DNA of 64,000 nt from an uncultured Bacteroidales bacterium. GTDB lineage: Bacteria > Bacteroidota > Bacteroidia > Bacteroidales > VadinHA17. The first letter of the stretch is position 1; each line of letters begins with the position of its first letter. The position numbers and the translations under genes were made by a program. Shown here one piece after another: positions 12,542-23,453 of this stretch. Under the pieces are notes generated by a model, which ran no database searches, was not told the DNA's origin, and was given only the letters and a program-made list of their open reading frames with translations. The stretch is from assembly GCA_963818295.1 (NCBI GenBank), contig CAWFRW010000009.1, positions 98,342 through 162,341 of the forward strand, given 5' to 3'.

Positions 12542-13409
12542 CTATTTCTTTGAAAGCATAAAATTAGTCCTGCCGATAATATTGCCTTCCAGATAGAGTT
12601 CTGCACTGTAATTTCCTACTATAAAATCACCTGTATTATCAAGGTAAATACACATGTCAATATCCTGATTCATATACTCCACCTCACGGTTCGCAGAGTA
12701 GATTATTTTGTTTTTCTTAAATTCGAAAAGATTATCCGGACTTGTGGCAATTACAAGTGAATCAGGTCTAATTACTCTGAGGTAAACTACTTTTCGGACC
12801 GGCTTTTGCAATAGGGTTTTCACGCAGAATAAAGCAGATCCTCAGCTTATCGAGGAGACTGATCCGGTTTGTCTCTTTTCTTTTCTTGTTCAGGGGAACA
12901 GCAGCTATATCCTTGGCCTGGATAACTGATGCTACCTCGACTTTGGAACTCAGTTCATCCTTTGCCTTTGAAAGTTCTGTATTTGTGGTCTTTACCTGTT
13001 TAATCTCCTGGCGGATCTCAGAGTTTTCGGCAACAAGAATTTTATTCCTTGTGTTGAGGGAATCGATCTGAACAATGTAGCTTTTCATTATTTCCCTCAT
13101 TGTTTTAATTTCTTTCTTATACTGTCTTATCAACCGCACATTCGATTCATTAACAGCCAGGAGCTGAACAATTTTATCCTTATCCCTTTCAAGATTTGCA
13201 TTCAGGGTGTCATTATTTGTTTTCAGCGTGTCGAAGGCAAATGATATCCGCCTTAACTCATTGGCAAGCGAGTCTTTTTCCTCGGTGAGAACAGTTTCCA
13301 TTTCATTCATATTGTGCCTTTGCACAAAATACATTATTACAAGAAAAGCAAGTATTACCCCAAGAATAATAGTTGCGGCTAACATCTTTACAGGTGTCTC
13401 TTTTTTCAC
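12542..13409 (-). pseudogene. Membrane-anchored coiled-coil protein of unknown function, one frameshift
   Basis: ORF 12768..13409 has one N-terminal TM helix (MLAATIILGVILAFLVIMYF) and a long heptad-like Lys/Glu/Asn-rich region. ORF 12542..12823 supplies a beta-rich C-terminal domain in another frame. Confidence 0.5.
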
Positions 13410-13481
13410 ACCCTGTCCTTCCTGGATTGATATTGCTTGTTGTTGTCATTTATCCTATAGTATTTACTTGATTTGGATTTC

Positions 13482-13489
13482 AAAATTAA
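13482..13489 (-). promoter_or_regulatory. Candidate Bacteroidota -7 box (TAnnTTTG on the minus strand)
   Basis: The plus strand reads CAAAATTA, which is TAATTTTG on the minus strand, 73 nt upstream of the start at 13409. Confidence 0.3.
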
Positions 13490-13577
13490 TAATTTCCGCA
13501 TAATTATAATAGTTTCCGATTCAATGATTAAATTTACAAAGAGAGTGTTGATTGTTAGATAATTAATATTTAGAAAT

Positions 13578-14981
13578 ATGAGCGGCTTTTTTGGTGTGGT
13601 GTCAAAGACAGATTGTGTAGAAGATGTTTTTTATGGAACTGATTATCACTCGCATCTTGGTACCAAAAGGGCCGGACTTGTATTTATTGAACCCGGGAAA
13701 GGCTTCAGACGCTCAATTCACAGTCTTGAGAATGCCTATTTCAGAACGAAATTTGAAGATGAACTGGGTGGTTTCAGTGGTAATTCCGGACTGGGCGTAA
13801 TAAGTGACACTGATCCTCAGCCTATATTGTTCAATTCTCATCTTGGACGTTTTGCAATCGTAACGGTTAGCAGAATTGTAAATATTTCAGATCTGGAGAA
13901 GAAATTTCTGGCGGAAAAGAAACATTTTACAGAGAATTTCGAAGGGAATATAAATCCAACGGAAGTTGTTGCCAATCTCATTTGTGAGAAAAACAGCTTT
14001 GTCACTGGTATTGAGAATGTCTTTGAAAATATCAAGGGTTCATGTTCGATACTTATTCTCACCGATGAAGGGATAATTGCAGCCAGGGATAAGCTGGGAC
14101 GAACTCCGGTAGTTATTGGCAGGAAGGATAATGCCACAGCGGTTGCATCGGAATCATGCTCTTTTCCAAATACAGGTTTTGAGCTCGATTATTTTCTTGG
14201 TCCGGGTGAGGTTGTTCAGATTTCGGCTTCAGGCTTCAGCCGTCTTAAGGAACCGGGTAAAAAGATGCAGGTCTGTTCTTTTCTCTGGGTATACTATGGC
14301 TATCCACCCTCCTTTTATGAGGGTATTAATGTTGATGAATGCCGCTACAAATGCGGGGCTGCTCTGGCTAAAAGAGACACTGTGGAGATTGATTTCGTGT
14401 GTGGTATTCCCGACTCAGGAATTGGCCACGCAGTTGGTTATCAGAATGAAAAAAGGATTCCATATAAAAGAGCCTATTCGAAATACACCCCATCATGGCC
14501 CAGAAGCTTTATGCCGCAGAATCAGAATCAGCGTGATCTTGTAGCCAAAATGAAACTTATTCCAAACAAAGCTGTTATAGAAGGAAAGAAAATGGTTTTT
14601 CTTGATGACAGTATAGTGAGGGGGACACAGTTAAAGGATAATACAATTGATCTGCGGAAATCCGGAGCTTCAGAGGTCCACATGAGGATTGCATGCCCTC
14701 CTCTGTTATTTGCCTGTGACTTTCTGAATTTCTCGGAGTCAAGGTCAATACTTGAACTGGCAGGCAGGAAAGCTGTCAAACAGCTGGGAGGTGATGAGAA
14801 AGACCTCAGGGAATATGCTGATCCTGATTCAGTGAAATACTCGGAGATGGTTGAGCAGATCGCAAAAAATCTTGATCTTGATTCACTGATATATCAGAGA
14901 CTCGATGATCTTGTAGAGGCTATAGGACTGCCGAAGGAAAAATTGTGTACTCATTGCTGGGATGGATCAAGTTATTTTTAA
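13578..14981 (+). CDS. Amidophosphoribosyltransferase-like protein (PurF family paralog lacking the Cys1 nucleophile)
   Basis: Intact 467 aa ORF. The C-terminal PRTase domain has the PRPP loop VFLDDSIVRGTQ and the PurF-like block CSFLWVYYGYPPS..GIPDSG. The N-terminus is MSGFFGV rather than MCG. Confidence 0.8.
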   Translation: MSGFFGVVSKTDCVEDVFYGTDYHSHLGTKRAGLVFIEPGKGFRRSIHSLENAYFRTKFEDELGGFSGNSGLGVISDTDPQPILFNSHLGRFAIVTVSRIVNISDLEKKFLAEKKHFTENFEGNINPTEVVANLICEKNSFVTGIENVFENIKGSCSILILTDEGIIAARDKLGRTPVVIGRKDNATAVASESCSFPNTGFELDYFLGPGEVVQISASGFSRLKEPGKKMQVCSFLWVYYGYPPSFYEGINVDECRYKCGAALAKRDTVEIDFVCGIPDSGIGHAVGYQNEKRIPYKRAYSKYTPSWPRSFMPQNQNQRDLVAKMKLIPNKAVIEGKKMVFLDDSIVRGTQLKDNTIDLRKSGASEVHMRIACPPLLFACDFLNFSESRSILELAGRKAVKQLGGDEKDLREYADPDSVKYSEMVEQIAKNLDLDSLIYQRLDDLVEAIGLPKEKLCTHCWDGSSYF

Positions 14982-15020
14982 TAAGAAAGACAAAAGTCAC
15001 ACGACGAAGACTTAAGTTTC

Positions 15021-15049
15021 CCCGCCCGGATAGGTTATGGGTGGTTTAT
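15021..15049 (+). terminator. Candidate rho-independent terminator after the PurF-like gene
   Basis: CCCGCCC (15021-27) pairs with GGGTGG (15039-44), including one G-U pair, across an 11-nt loop. TTTAT follows. Confidence 0.35.
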
Positions 15050-15119
15050 CAGAGAGAAAGACAGGGAATACCAAAAGGAGATACTTTTTAAGGAGTTTTG
15101 TTATTTAATTGATATTGTT

Positions 15120-15967
15120 ATGAAATACGTTGGTGCTCATGTAAGTGCGTCGGGTGGAGTGGATAATGCCCCGATAAATGCAAATGCAATAGGTGCCAGG
15201 GCGTTTGCCCTGTTTACAAAGAACCAGAGGCAATGGATCTCGAATCCGCTGACAAGGGCAAGCATTAAAATCTTTCCGGGATAATTGTGAACAACATGAT
15301 TACAAGCCATTCCAGATCCTCCCGCATGACAGCTATCTTATAAATCTTGGACATCCTGAAGCAGATGCCCTGCAGAAATCAAGAACAGCCTTTCTTGATG
15401 AGATGCAGAGATGCGAACTACTTGGCCTCGACAGGCTTAATTTTCATCCGGGCAGCCATCTGAACGGAATCGGCATCGAGGAGTGCCTGAAAAGAATTGC
15501 CGAATCGATAAATTTTGTGCTTGACAAAACAAAAGGGGTTAGTGCAGTTATTGAAAACACTGCCGGTCAGGGGACAAACCTCGGTCACACCTTTGAACAG
15601 CTAAAGATGATTATAGATCATGTTGAGGACAAATCCAGGGTAGGAGTGTGCATCGATACATGTCATGCCTTTACTGCAGGTTATGATGTAAAAACAGACA
15701 GATGGTTTTAAGGAGACTTTTGTGAAATTCAGCGATATTATAGGGTTTGAATACCTTAAGGGAATGCATCTGAATGATTCAAAGAAGGAACTGGCTTCGC
15801 GCGTTGACAGGCATGACAATTTAGGTAAAGGATTAATGGGAGAGGATGTTTTCAGGATGGTTATGAATGATGAGAGGTTCGATAATATGCCGCTTATACT
15901 CGAGACGCCCGACGAATCTCTCTGGGCAGAAGAGATTAAAAGACTTTACTCATTGGTTCTCAAATAG
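15120..15967 (+). pseudogene. nfo: Endonuclease IV (deoxyribonuclease IV), two frameshifts
   Basis: It reads colinear with E. coli Nfo as I recall it: [24 protein letters not shown], then [26 protein letters not shown], then ORF 15403..15711 ([25 protein letters not shown]), then ORF 15722..15967 (MHLNDSK..RVDRH..LILETP). Confidence 0.9.
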
Positions 15968-15974
15968 AAATCCA

Positions 15975-16058
15975 TTAACCGCAAAGTACGCAAAGGTCTC
16001 TTATCTTTTAACCCGCTTTGCGTCCTTGGCGTAGATTTTTTGTGATCTTAGCGGTTAA
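15975..16058. repeat. Post-gene dyad array of CGCAAAG-type motifs (locus A)
   Basis: The left arm is TTAACCGCAAAG-TA-CGCAAAGG (15975-15996). The inverted copies are CTTTGCG (16016-22), CTTGGCG (16025-31) and CTTAGCGGTTAA (16047-58). The array begins 8 nt after the nfo stop, between convergent genes. Confidence 0.6.
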
Positions 16059-16109
16059 GAAGTCTTTTAAGAAAAGATCAGAATCCTGTTAATATACTTT
16101 AAAACAGCG

Positions 16110-16893
16110 TTACAATTCCATAATTGTTTTTACGACCTCAAGGTTAAGCTTTTCTTTTGTTGCCCTGTATCCAAGTTCAAAGAGATCCTCAGCTTTTTCC
16201 GGATCGAGTATCTTGAAGTTCCTCAGTTCGGGCGGAGCGACAAAGAGGTCAAATTTTTTTGCTTTCTCGTTAATCTCCTTTGACATGCTCAGCATGAAAG
16301 TTCTTTCGGCAATGTTTATCAATCCGCTGCACTTTTCCATGTAGCCAACAGGATTTACAAAGGATCCGATAAGATACCGGCATTTGTTTTCAATAGGTTT
16401 TAACGGGAAGGTTATCGAGAACCCCGCCGTCAACGTAATAAATATCATTAATCATCACCGGCTGAAAAAGTACAGGTATGCTTGCTGATGCAATTACAGG
16501 ATCGAGCAGGATTCCGCTTGAAAAATATTCTGCTCTGCCATTATTAAGATCTGTTGCAGTGACATAAAGAGGGATTTTCAGCTCTTCAAATGTTTTTGCT
16601 CTCAGACATGATTTCAGTATTTTAATTATACCACCTATCTGGAGCAATCCCTCCCGGGGCAATGCAGGTCTCATAAAATCGAGCCTGCTGCCGGTATTCA
16701 TCAGGTGAAGTATCTCTCTTGGGGTATAGCCATCTGCGTATAAAACGCCGGCCAGGGCTCCTGCACTTGTGCCTGAAATTACATCAGGGAAAATTCCGGC
16801 TTCGTTCAGAGCCTGCATAAGTCCAAGGTGCGCAAACCCTCTTGCACCTCCACCGCTCAGTACCAATCCGATATTGTATTTTTCTTCCGTCAT
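16110..16893 (-). pseudogene. Patatin-like phospholipase, one frameshift
   Basis: The oxyanion motif is LVLSGGGARGFAHLG, the nucleophile motif is GTSAGA (GxSxG), and the DGG dyad Asp is in YYVDGGVLDN. The C-terminal part is in ORF 16110..16448. Confidence 0.85.
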
Positions 16894-16914
16894 GCCTGTA
16901 TGAATGATGAGTCG

Positions 16915-18207
16915 TCAGCCTGTTAGAAAATCAACAAGCAATTTAATATTAAAAAAGGTCACAATCGCTGCAATGAGTGATAAAACTGTAATCAGGAAAA
17001 CGCTGTTCGCGTATTTTCCCATTACCTTTTTTGAGGAGGTCAGGTAGATCTGAATAGCCACTGTAAAGGGAAGCTGGATGCTCAGGAAAACCTGCGAGAA
17101 AATTAGTCCCTTAAACGGATTCCCGATAAAGAAGATCCCTATAAGGGCTCCAAAAAGAGAGATAATAATTCCTATCCTTGAATGGTTGTCCTTTACATCA
17201 TAAGGTTCCTTAAACATTCCTGAGACAATAGAACCGCCTGCCATTCCGGAAGTTATCGAAGAAGCTACCCCTGCAAACAGTAGAGCAACGGCAAATATTG
17301 TTGAGGCATTGGACCCGAGCAATGGTACAAGCAGCTTTTCTGACTGTTGCAGCTCATCAACCTGTATGTTGTTTTTGAAAAATGTTGCTGCTGCCAGGAT
17401 AATCATTGCACTGTTTATAGCCCATCCTATAATCATTGAGAACAGGGTATCTGCAAATTCAAACTTCAGCTGCTTTTTAATAATAACTTCATCCTGAAGA
17501 TTCCATTGCCGGCTTTGAATCACCTCAGAATGGAGAAAGAGGTTATGCGGCATTACAACTGCGCCCAGGATACTCATGAGAAGGAGCATTGAGCCTTCAG
17601 GAATAGAGGGCTTTACCCAGGAAATCCCGGCCTCAAGCCAGTTGACATCGACAAGAAACAATTCATAAAGAAATGACAGCCCGATTATTGAAACGAAACC
17701 GATAATCCACTTTTCAATTTTCTGATATGAGTTTGTGAACAGCATTATACAAACAAAGAGAGTTACAAGTACAGCTCCAGCTTTTATTGGAATATCAAAG
17801 AGCATATTCAGGGCAATTGATCCTCCGAGTATCTCTGCCAGTGACGTAGATACAGAGGCAAGCACGGCAAAGGAAAGAATGGCTTTTGATATTTTAGGAT
17901 GGATGTAGATTGTTGCAGCTTCTGAAAGGCAAAGACCTGTAGCAATACCGAGGTGGGCTACGTTATGTTGCAGAACGATAAGCATTATAGTCGACAGTGT
18001 AACGATCCACAGAAGTGTATAACCGTAACCTGAGCCGGCTGCAATATTGGCTGCCCAGTTTCCAGGATCAATGAACCCTACAGTAACAAGAAGTCCGGGT
18101 CCGATATATTTGAAAATGTCAAGCGCACCATATGAAGGTTTATGATCATGCCTTGTCAGATCCCTGAAAAAACTGAAAAAATTGAATATCTTTTTAATAT
18201 TCCGCAT
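16915..18207 (-). CDS. mntH: Nramp-family divalent metal (Mn2+/Fe2+) transporter
   Basis: Intact 430 aa polytopic ORF with the Nramp signature GPGLLVTVGFIDPGNWAANI and MPHNLFLHS. Confidence 0.9.
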   Translation of the reverse strand: MRNIKKIFNFFSFFRDLTRHDHKPSYGALDIFKYIGPGLLVTVGFIDPGNWAANIAAGSGYGYTLLWIVTLSTIMLIVLQHNVAHLGIATGLCLSEAATIYIHPKISKAILSFAVLASVSTSLAEILGGSIALNMLFDIPIKAGAVLVTLFVCIMLFTNSYQKIEKWIIGFVSIIGLSFLYELFLVDVNWLEAGISWVKPSIPEGSMLLLMSILGAVVMPHNLFLHSEVIQSRQWNLQDEVIIKKQLKFEFADTLFSMIIGWAINSAMIILAAATFFKNNIQVDELQQSEKLLVPLLGSNASTIFAVALLFAGVASSITSGMAGGSIVSGMFKEPYDVKDNHSRIGIIISLFGALIGIFFIGNPFKGLIFSQVFLSIQLPFTVAIQIYLTSSKKVMGKYANSVFLITVLSLIAAIVTFFNIKLLVDFLTG

Positions 18208-18263
18208 ACATAAAATTTGTCAACTGCTTTTTATCCCGGCAATAATAATCATAAAAGCATAAA

Positions 18264-18271
18264 CAAATATA
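18264..18271 (-). promoter_or_regulatory. Candidate -7 box for mntH
   Basis: The plus strand reads CAAATATA, which is TATATTTG on the minus strand, 57 nt upstream of the start at 18207. Confidence 0.3.
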
Positions 18272-18331
18272 GTCAATGATTATGGAAATTTTTAGCCCCG
18301 GGCCTTTGCCGGAAATATTCTCCAATTGTTA

Positions 18332-18339
18332 TACATTTG
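18332..18339 (+). promoter_or_regulatory. Candidate -7 box (TACATTTG)
   Basis: It matches TAnnTTTG and lies 37 nt upstream of the ATG at 18376. Confidence 0.35.
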
Positions 18340-18375
18340 AAAAATAAAGCATCTATTCATATAAATTTAAGGATT

Positions 18376-18676
18376 ATGGAATTTTTATTGGTAGCCTTTG
18401 ATGGTACGGATTCCGGAGCTCTGGAACGCCGAATGAAAGTCAGGGAAGATCATCTGAACAAGATAGGCCTGCTTAAGAAAAGCGGTAATTACAAATGCGG
18501 AGGGGCTATTCTTGATGATGCAGGTAAAATGATAGGCTCGATGATTGTATATGATTTTACTGATCGTCAATCTCTTGATGCAGAGTCTGCAGAATGAACC
18601 CTATTTTACGGAGGGGATCTGGAAAAAGGTTGAGATCCGTCCCTTCCGCATTGCCCAACTTGAGGGAAGAGTATGA
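18376..18676 (+). pseudogene. YciI-like family protein, one frameshift
   Basis: MEFLLVAFDGTDSGALERRMKVREDHL..GGAILDDAGKMIGSMIVYDF continues after a shift as EPYFTEGIWKKVEIRPFRIAQLEGRV. The stop overlaps the next ATG (ATGA at 18673-76). Confidence 0.65.
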
Positions 18677-19125
18677 ATATCAGAAAATTCACCCCTTCAG
18701 CCGATAAGAGGGTTCTTGTCCTGCTGGCGGGACTGATGTGGTGCGGTGTAGGCATAATGCTTGTCAGGTTTGCCGTTACATGGTTATCTCCGTTGGGTAT
18801 AAGAAGTGCAGGTATATACTATGCAACAGGTTTTCTTGCTGCAATGCCAATTCATCATTTTGGTTTTCTTAGAATTGCCGACAAGAACCTGAACAGGTTA
18901 ATGCCATTGAACGAAAAAAGGTGCGTTTTTTCATTTATGACATGGAAAAGCTATTTAATAGTCCTGGTTATGGTATCAATGGGAATTGCACTTCGTCATT
19001 CAGCTTTGCCAAAACGTTATCTCTCGGTTCTTTATAATGGAATAGGGCTGGGATTGTTTCTATCGGGAATAAGATACCTGCGATTCTTTGTATTGCTTTT
19101 ATCCAAAAACAGATCTGAAGGATAA
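18673..19125 (+). CDS. Hypothetical membrane protein (4 predicted TM helices)
   Basis: Intact 150 aa hydrophobic ORF, translationally coupled to the YciI-like gene. No family recognised. Confidence 0.55.
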   Translation: MNIRKFTPSADKRVLVLLAGLMWCGVGIMLVRFAVTWLSPLGIRSAGIYYATGFLAAMPIHHFGFLRIADKNLNRLMPLNEKRCVFSFMTWKSYLIVLVMVSMGIALRHSALPKRYLSVLYNGIGLGLFLSGIRYLRFFVLLLSKNRSEG

Positions 19126-19198
19126 ACATTTACTGTCAGTCAGTTGTTTTTTGAAAATGATTTTTGGAATAAAGAGGTATAATTAAAAAAATACTTAT

Positions 19199-19781
19199 AT
19201 GGCATTTACATTACAGCCCGGACAAAAGGCAATAGATTTCAGGCTTCCTTCTACGGATGGAAAGGATTATACATTATCTGATTTTGATAAGTTCAAATAT
19301 CTGGTAATATTCTTTACCTGTAATCATTGCCCATATGTAATTGGTTCAGATGAAGCTTACAAGGAGCTACTGCGGAAAAGTACAGAGCAGGGGAGTAGGA
19401 TTTGCAGGAATAAATTCGAACAGTGAGAATACTTATCCTGAAGACAGTTTTCCGAACATGGTACAAAGGATGGAAAAGCATAAATTCCCATGGGTCTATC
19501 TTTATGATCAAAGCCAGGACGTGGCAAGGGCATATGGCGCTCTGAGGACACCACATTTTTATGTTTTTGATGAGAAGAGGACTCTTGTTTACACTGGTCG
19601 GGGTGTTGACAATCCGAGAGATACTTCAAGAATGACAATAAATAATCTTGATAATGTTCTTGATGAGCTTACAGGCGGTAAAAGAATCTCCGTAGAGCTG
19701 ACAAATCCAATAGGCTGCAATATCAAGTGGGAGGGAAAAGATGCACACTGGATGCCTCCCGATGCATGTGATCTTGTATAG
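19199..19781 (+). pseudogene. Thioredoxin-fold (redoxin/AhpC-TSA-like) thiol-disulfide oxidoreductase, two closely spaced frameshifts
   Basis: The CxxC motif is in FFTCNHCPYV. The reading passes through all three frames at 19365-19395 (..AYKEL / TAEKYRAG / [10 protein letters not shown]). One break lies in a G4 run at 19390-93. Confidence 0.75.
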
Positions 19782-19790
19782 TGAAAGGCG

Positions 19791-20401
19791 TTATGGTGCA
19801 AGCCGGCTTATTACCCAGCTATTCTTTACCATTGTGTATGCTATACGGTCGTGAAGCCTGAATTCGCCATCTCTCCAGAATTCAAAAAAATCGGGTATTA
19901 ATCTGAATCCTCCCCAGTCAGGAGGCTTTTCAACAAGCTTATTTTCGAACCTGGCTTTATAATATTCATGTCTGTCCTCAAGATATTGACGGTCAGGAAT
20001 AACAGAGCTCTGTTCACTTGCCCAGGCAGAGATCTGACTTTCACGAGGCCTGGTGCTGAAGTAGGCGGCAGACTCTTCTTCCGATACTTTTTCAGTGATT
20101 CCTTCAATCCTGATCTGACGGCCTGATTCCGGCCAGTAAAAAAGCATTGCTGAATTTTTATTATCAGAGAGTTGTAGCTCCTTTTTTGCTCTTAAAGTTT
20201 GTAAAAAATACAAAACCCTTTTCATCATAGCCTTTCAGCAGAACGGTCCTGACTGATACTCTTCCGGATAGATGATGCGGTGCCCAGGCTGACTGTATCC
20301 GGTATGGCGATGCCTGCCTCAAGATGTTCATTATACCAGTTGGCGAACTGAACAAAGGGATCCGGATCAACACTCTTTTCTGTAAGCACTTTATTACTCA
20401 T
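19791..20401 (-). pseudogene. pdxH: Pyridoxamine 5'-phosphate oxidase, at least 2 frameshifts
   Basis: [26 protein letters not shown].., then [29 protein letters not shown], then ..IRIEG..SEEESAAYFSTRPRESQI..PPDWGGFRLIPDFFEFWRDGEFRLHDRIAY. Confidence 0.88.
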
Positions 20402-20512
20402 CTTCTCTTATTGTAAGATTTTCAGTATGGTTTAACAATAATAGAGCATCAATGGTTTATTATGGCTAAAATAAAAAATAAAATATATATTTTCACGCAA
20501 AAATTTTAAGCA

Positions 20513-22095
20513 ATGAATAAGAAACAGAACAAATCAGCCATCGTATTAATGATTATTGCAATGTTTGTGATGAACATATCGTGCAATTCAAATGGACCCT
20601 CAGATCTTTCGAAAGAGAGTTTAATCCCAATGCCTGTTTCGATCACATCAACGGGAGGCTATTTTGTTCTGAAAGCCAGTGCTGCTATTTATATCCAGGG
20701 TGAATCAGGGGAACTTAATAAGATTGGCAATTACCTTGCAGAAAGGCTAAGGCCTTCAACAGGTTTTGAAATAGATGTAAAATCGACTGATAAAGTTCCC
20801 GGATCCGGAAATATATATCTTACATTATCAGGAATGGAGTCAAAGCCCGGAGATGAAGGGTATGAGCTGACAATTACCAAAAATCTTGTAACTCTTTCTG
20901 CCGCCACTCCTGCAGGATTATTCAGGGGAGTCCAGACCATCAGGCAGCTTTTACCGGCAAATATTGAACTGAGCACAAGGCAGGAAGAAGTTTGGAAAAT
21001 TGCTACAGGAACAATAAGCGATTATCCTGAGTATGGCTACCGCGGGGCTATGCTCGATGTGGCAAGGCATTTTTTCTCAGTAGCTGACGTAAAGCAGTTT
21101 ATTGATATGATTGCTTATTATAAGATGAATGCGCTTCACCTGCACCTTTCTGATGACCAGGGATGGAGGATCGAGATCAAATCGTGGCCGAACCTTGCAA
21201 TTCATGGAGGCAGCATGGAAGTGGGTGGTGGTGAAGGCGGATATTATACACAGGAACAATATTCTGATATTGTGAAATATGCAAATGAACAGATATATAA
21301 CAATTGTACCTGAGATCGATATGCCGGGCCATACAAATGCGGCTCTTTCATCCTATGCCGAACTGAATTGCAACGGAAAAGCAACTGAGCTGTATACAGG
21401 CATTGAAGTTGGCTTCAGTACACTTTGCACTACAAAAGAGATTGCATACAAATTTGTTGATGATGTTGTAAGGGAGCTTGCGGCGCTTACCACCGGTCCT
21501 TATATTCATATCGGTGGAGATGAATCACATGTTACAAAGAAGGAAGATTATATCCCATTTGTTAAAAAGGGTGCATGACATTGTGCTGTCGCATGGTAAA
21601 CAGGTAATGGGATGGGATGAGATTTCGCTTTCAGAACTCAGTTCAGGCACTGTTGCCCAGTATTGGGCGAACAAGGAAAATGCAGCTCAGGGCTGTGAAT
21701 CAGGGTGCAAAAATTCTGATGTCGCCTGCTGCCAGAACATATATTGACATGAAATATGATTCAACAACAGTTCTCGGACAGCACTGGGCCGGCTTATATT
21801 GAGGTTGACAGTTCATATATCTGGGATCCGGCAACTATGGTTCCCGGGTATCACCAAAGAGAATATTATGGGTGTTGAGGCTCCTTTATGGACAGAGACG
21901 ATAACTAATATGGAAGAACTTGAATACATGGTATTTCCAAGACTTCCGGGAATTGCCGAAATAGCATGGAGCCCTGCATCAGTCAGAAACTGGGATGATT
22001 ATAAGATCAGGCTTGGAAAACATTCGGAACGTTTTAAAGCCATGAATATTAATTATTATGCTTCGAAACTGGTACCCTGGGCTGAGGTTAAGTAG
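20513..22095 (+). pseudogene. GH20 beta-N-acetylhexosaminidase (copy 1), at least 4 frameshifts
   Basis: Signal peptide plus a GH20b-like N-domain. The catalytic block is HLHLSDDQGWRIEIKSWP, then EIDMPGHTNAA, then HIGGDESH. The pieces are in ORFs 20513.., 21279.., 21478.., 21617.. and 21799.. Confidence 0.88.
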
Positions 22096-23452
22096 CTAAA
22101 ATATCAGCTCGCTGTCTCCCTTTCCGAGATCGAAGCAAAGAATGGCACCTTTCTTATCTGAGAACCAGGTGCCATTTTTTATTTCCTTTTGATCTTTAAC
22201 CCTTGCGAGTATTTTTGGTTCACTGCCCTTAATTTTAAGCCTTAGGATTGCTTACCGGAGCATTCAGCTGCAGTGTAAAGCCCGGGAGTTGAAAATGGAG
22301 CTTTCAATGTCAATTTATCTGCCTCCGGGATAATTGTTGTTAATTCCTTTGCAGCCCAGTAACGTGCAATTTCACTTAATTTCATCCATATCAGATGATC
22401 GTACTTCTGGTCGAGTCTTTTCTTGACCTCCTTAAGTATATTAAAACCAACATGTTCACCATTAAAATATATTCCGGGCCAGTGGCATACCATTATTGCA
22501 GGCTCTCCGCTGTCAATTACATCTACCATTCTGCCTGAGAGAAGATCAGGTGTAATGAACTTATCCGGACTTCCCGGATTAAGCCCGTCCCAGTCTCCGA
22601 ACCAGTCACCTGTACAGCCTATTACCGATACAACACATTTTGGATCAGGGCCGTTGAGGCCTGAAGGATGACAGGACCCGTGGAGCGACACTCTTTTCCT
22701 TTTCAGTAAAGAGGTCTCTGAAATAATGTGGGATTTCAGCACCAAAAACATCTCTTACAGCATCCATAGTACCAAGTGCCAGGTTATTCTGATTTTTACC
22801 GCCATAACCGCCCGGAGTTGTTAATCCCTCGCAGTTCAGACCAGCTTCTTTGAGGATTGTCAGAGCATATGCCTGATATGCAGCAAGTTCATCAGCGCTT
22901 TTTGTCTGACTCCATTCCCAGTTTTCCATATATTCGGGAGTAGGATAAGGATAAGGCTTCCCTGTTTTGATATCAATTACACGTGTATGGCTGACCATTT
23001 CGGGATGAATATCCCAGTTGGGGGTGATTACTTCCCTGACGAGTTTCAGACTATCTTCGAGTTCTTTTTTGGTCCAGCCCGGAATGAACCGGTTTACCCA
23101 TCCTGTGCAAGCAGGATATGGGACTATGCTGTATTTGCCCTTTACTCCGTTTTCATGAGACCATTCACCGAATTCCCTCACAAAGCTGTCGGGAATTTCC
23201 CTTGGAAGTTTACGCCAGTCCTGTTTATACTGATCGGGAAATACCTCTGCAAACTGCGGTATGCCAAAATGAGCCAGGTTTACAAGGCAGGTTGAATCGT
23301 CAATTATCAGGCTTACCGGTGAACGGTTGAACGGATTCAGCACTTTTACAGCTCACTGTTTTTCCTGGCAGTAGGTTGATGTCCGGGTAAGCCGACATGG
23401 CAATGCTACCTATTCCGGCTGTCTTCACGAATAAACGTCTTGAATATTTCAT
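22096..23452 (-). pseudogene. TAT-exported hypothetical protein, possibly a carbohydrate esterase/deacetylase-like enzyme; about 3 frameshifts
   Basis: The N-terminus MKYSRRLFVKTAGIGSIAMSA is a twin-arginine signal. It is followed by ORF 22645..23343 (SLIIDDSTCLVN.., DIHPEMVSH) and ORF 22242..22751. The tail LKIKGSEPKILARVKDQKEIKNGTWFSDKKGAILCFDLGKGDSELIF ends at 22096-98. The functional call is weak. Confidence 0.5.
22141..22180 (+). terminator. Perfect 10-bp hairpin plus T6, embedded in the 3' end of the convergent gene
   Basis: AATGGCACCT (22141-50) pairs with AGGTGCCATT (22167-76), followed by TTTTTT. It lies 46 nt after the GH20 stop but inside the minus-strand coding sequence (..KNGTWFSDKKGAI..). 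Confidence 0.4.
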
Positions 23453-23453
23453 C

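Noticed and set aside
16110-16893. Patatin-like phospholipase as a CBASS-type or other defence effector
   Set aside because: There is no cyclase, sensor, E1/E2/JAB or other defence partner nearby. The neighbours are nfo and mntH, and housekeeping patatin-like lipases are common.
22141-22180. Treating the 10-bp hairpin plus T6 as a purely intergenic terminator
   Set aside because: After following the frames, the minus-strand gene continues through it to a stop at 22096-98. The hairpin is therefore inside coding sequence. It is kept only as a lower-confidence terminator candidate.
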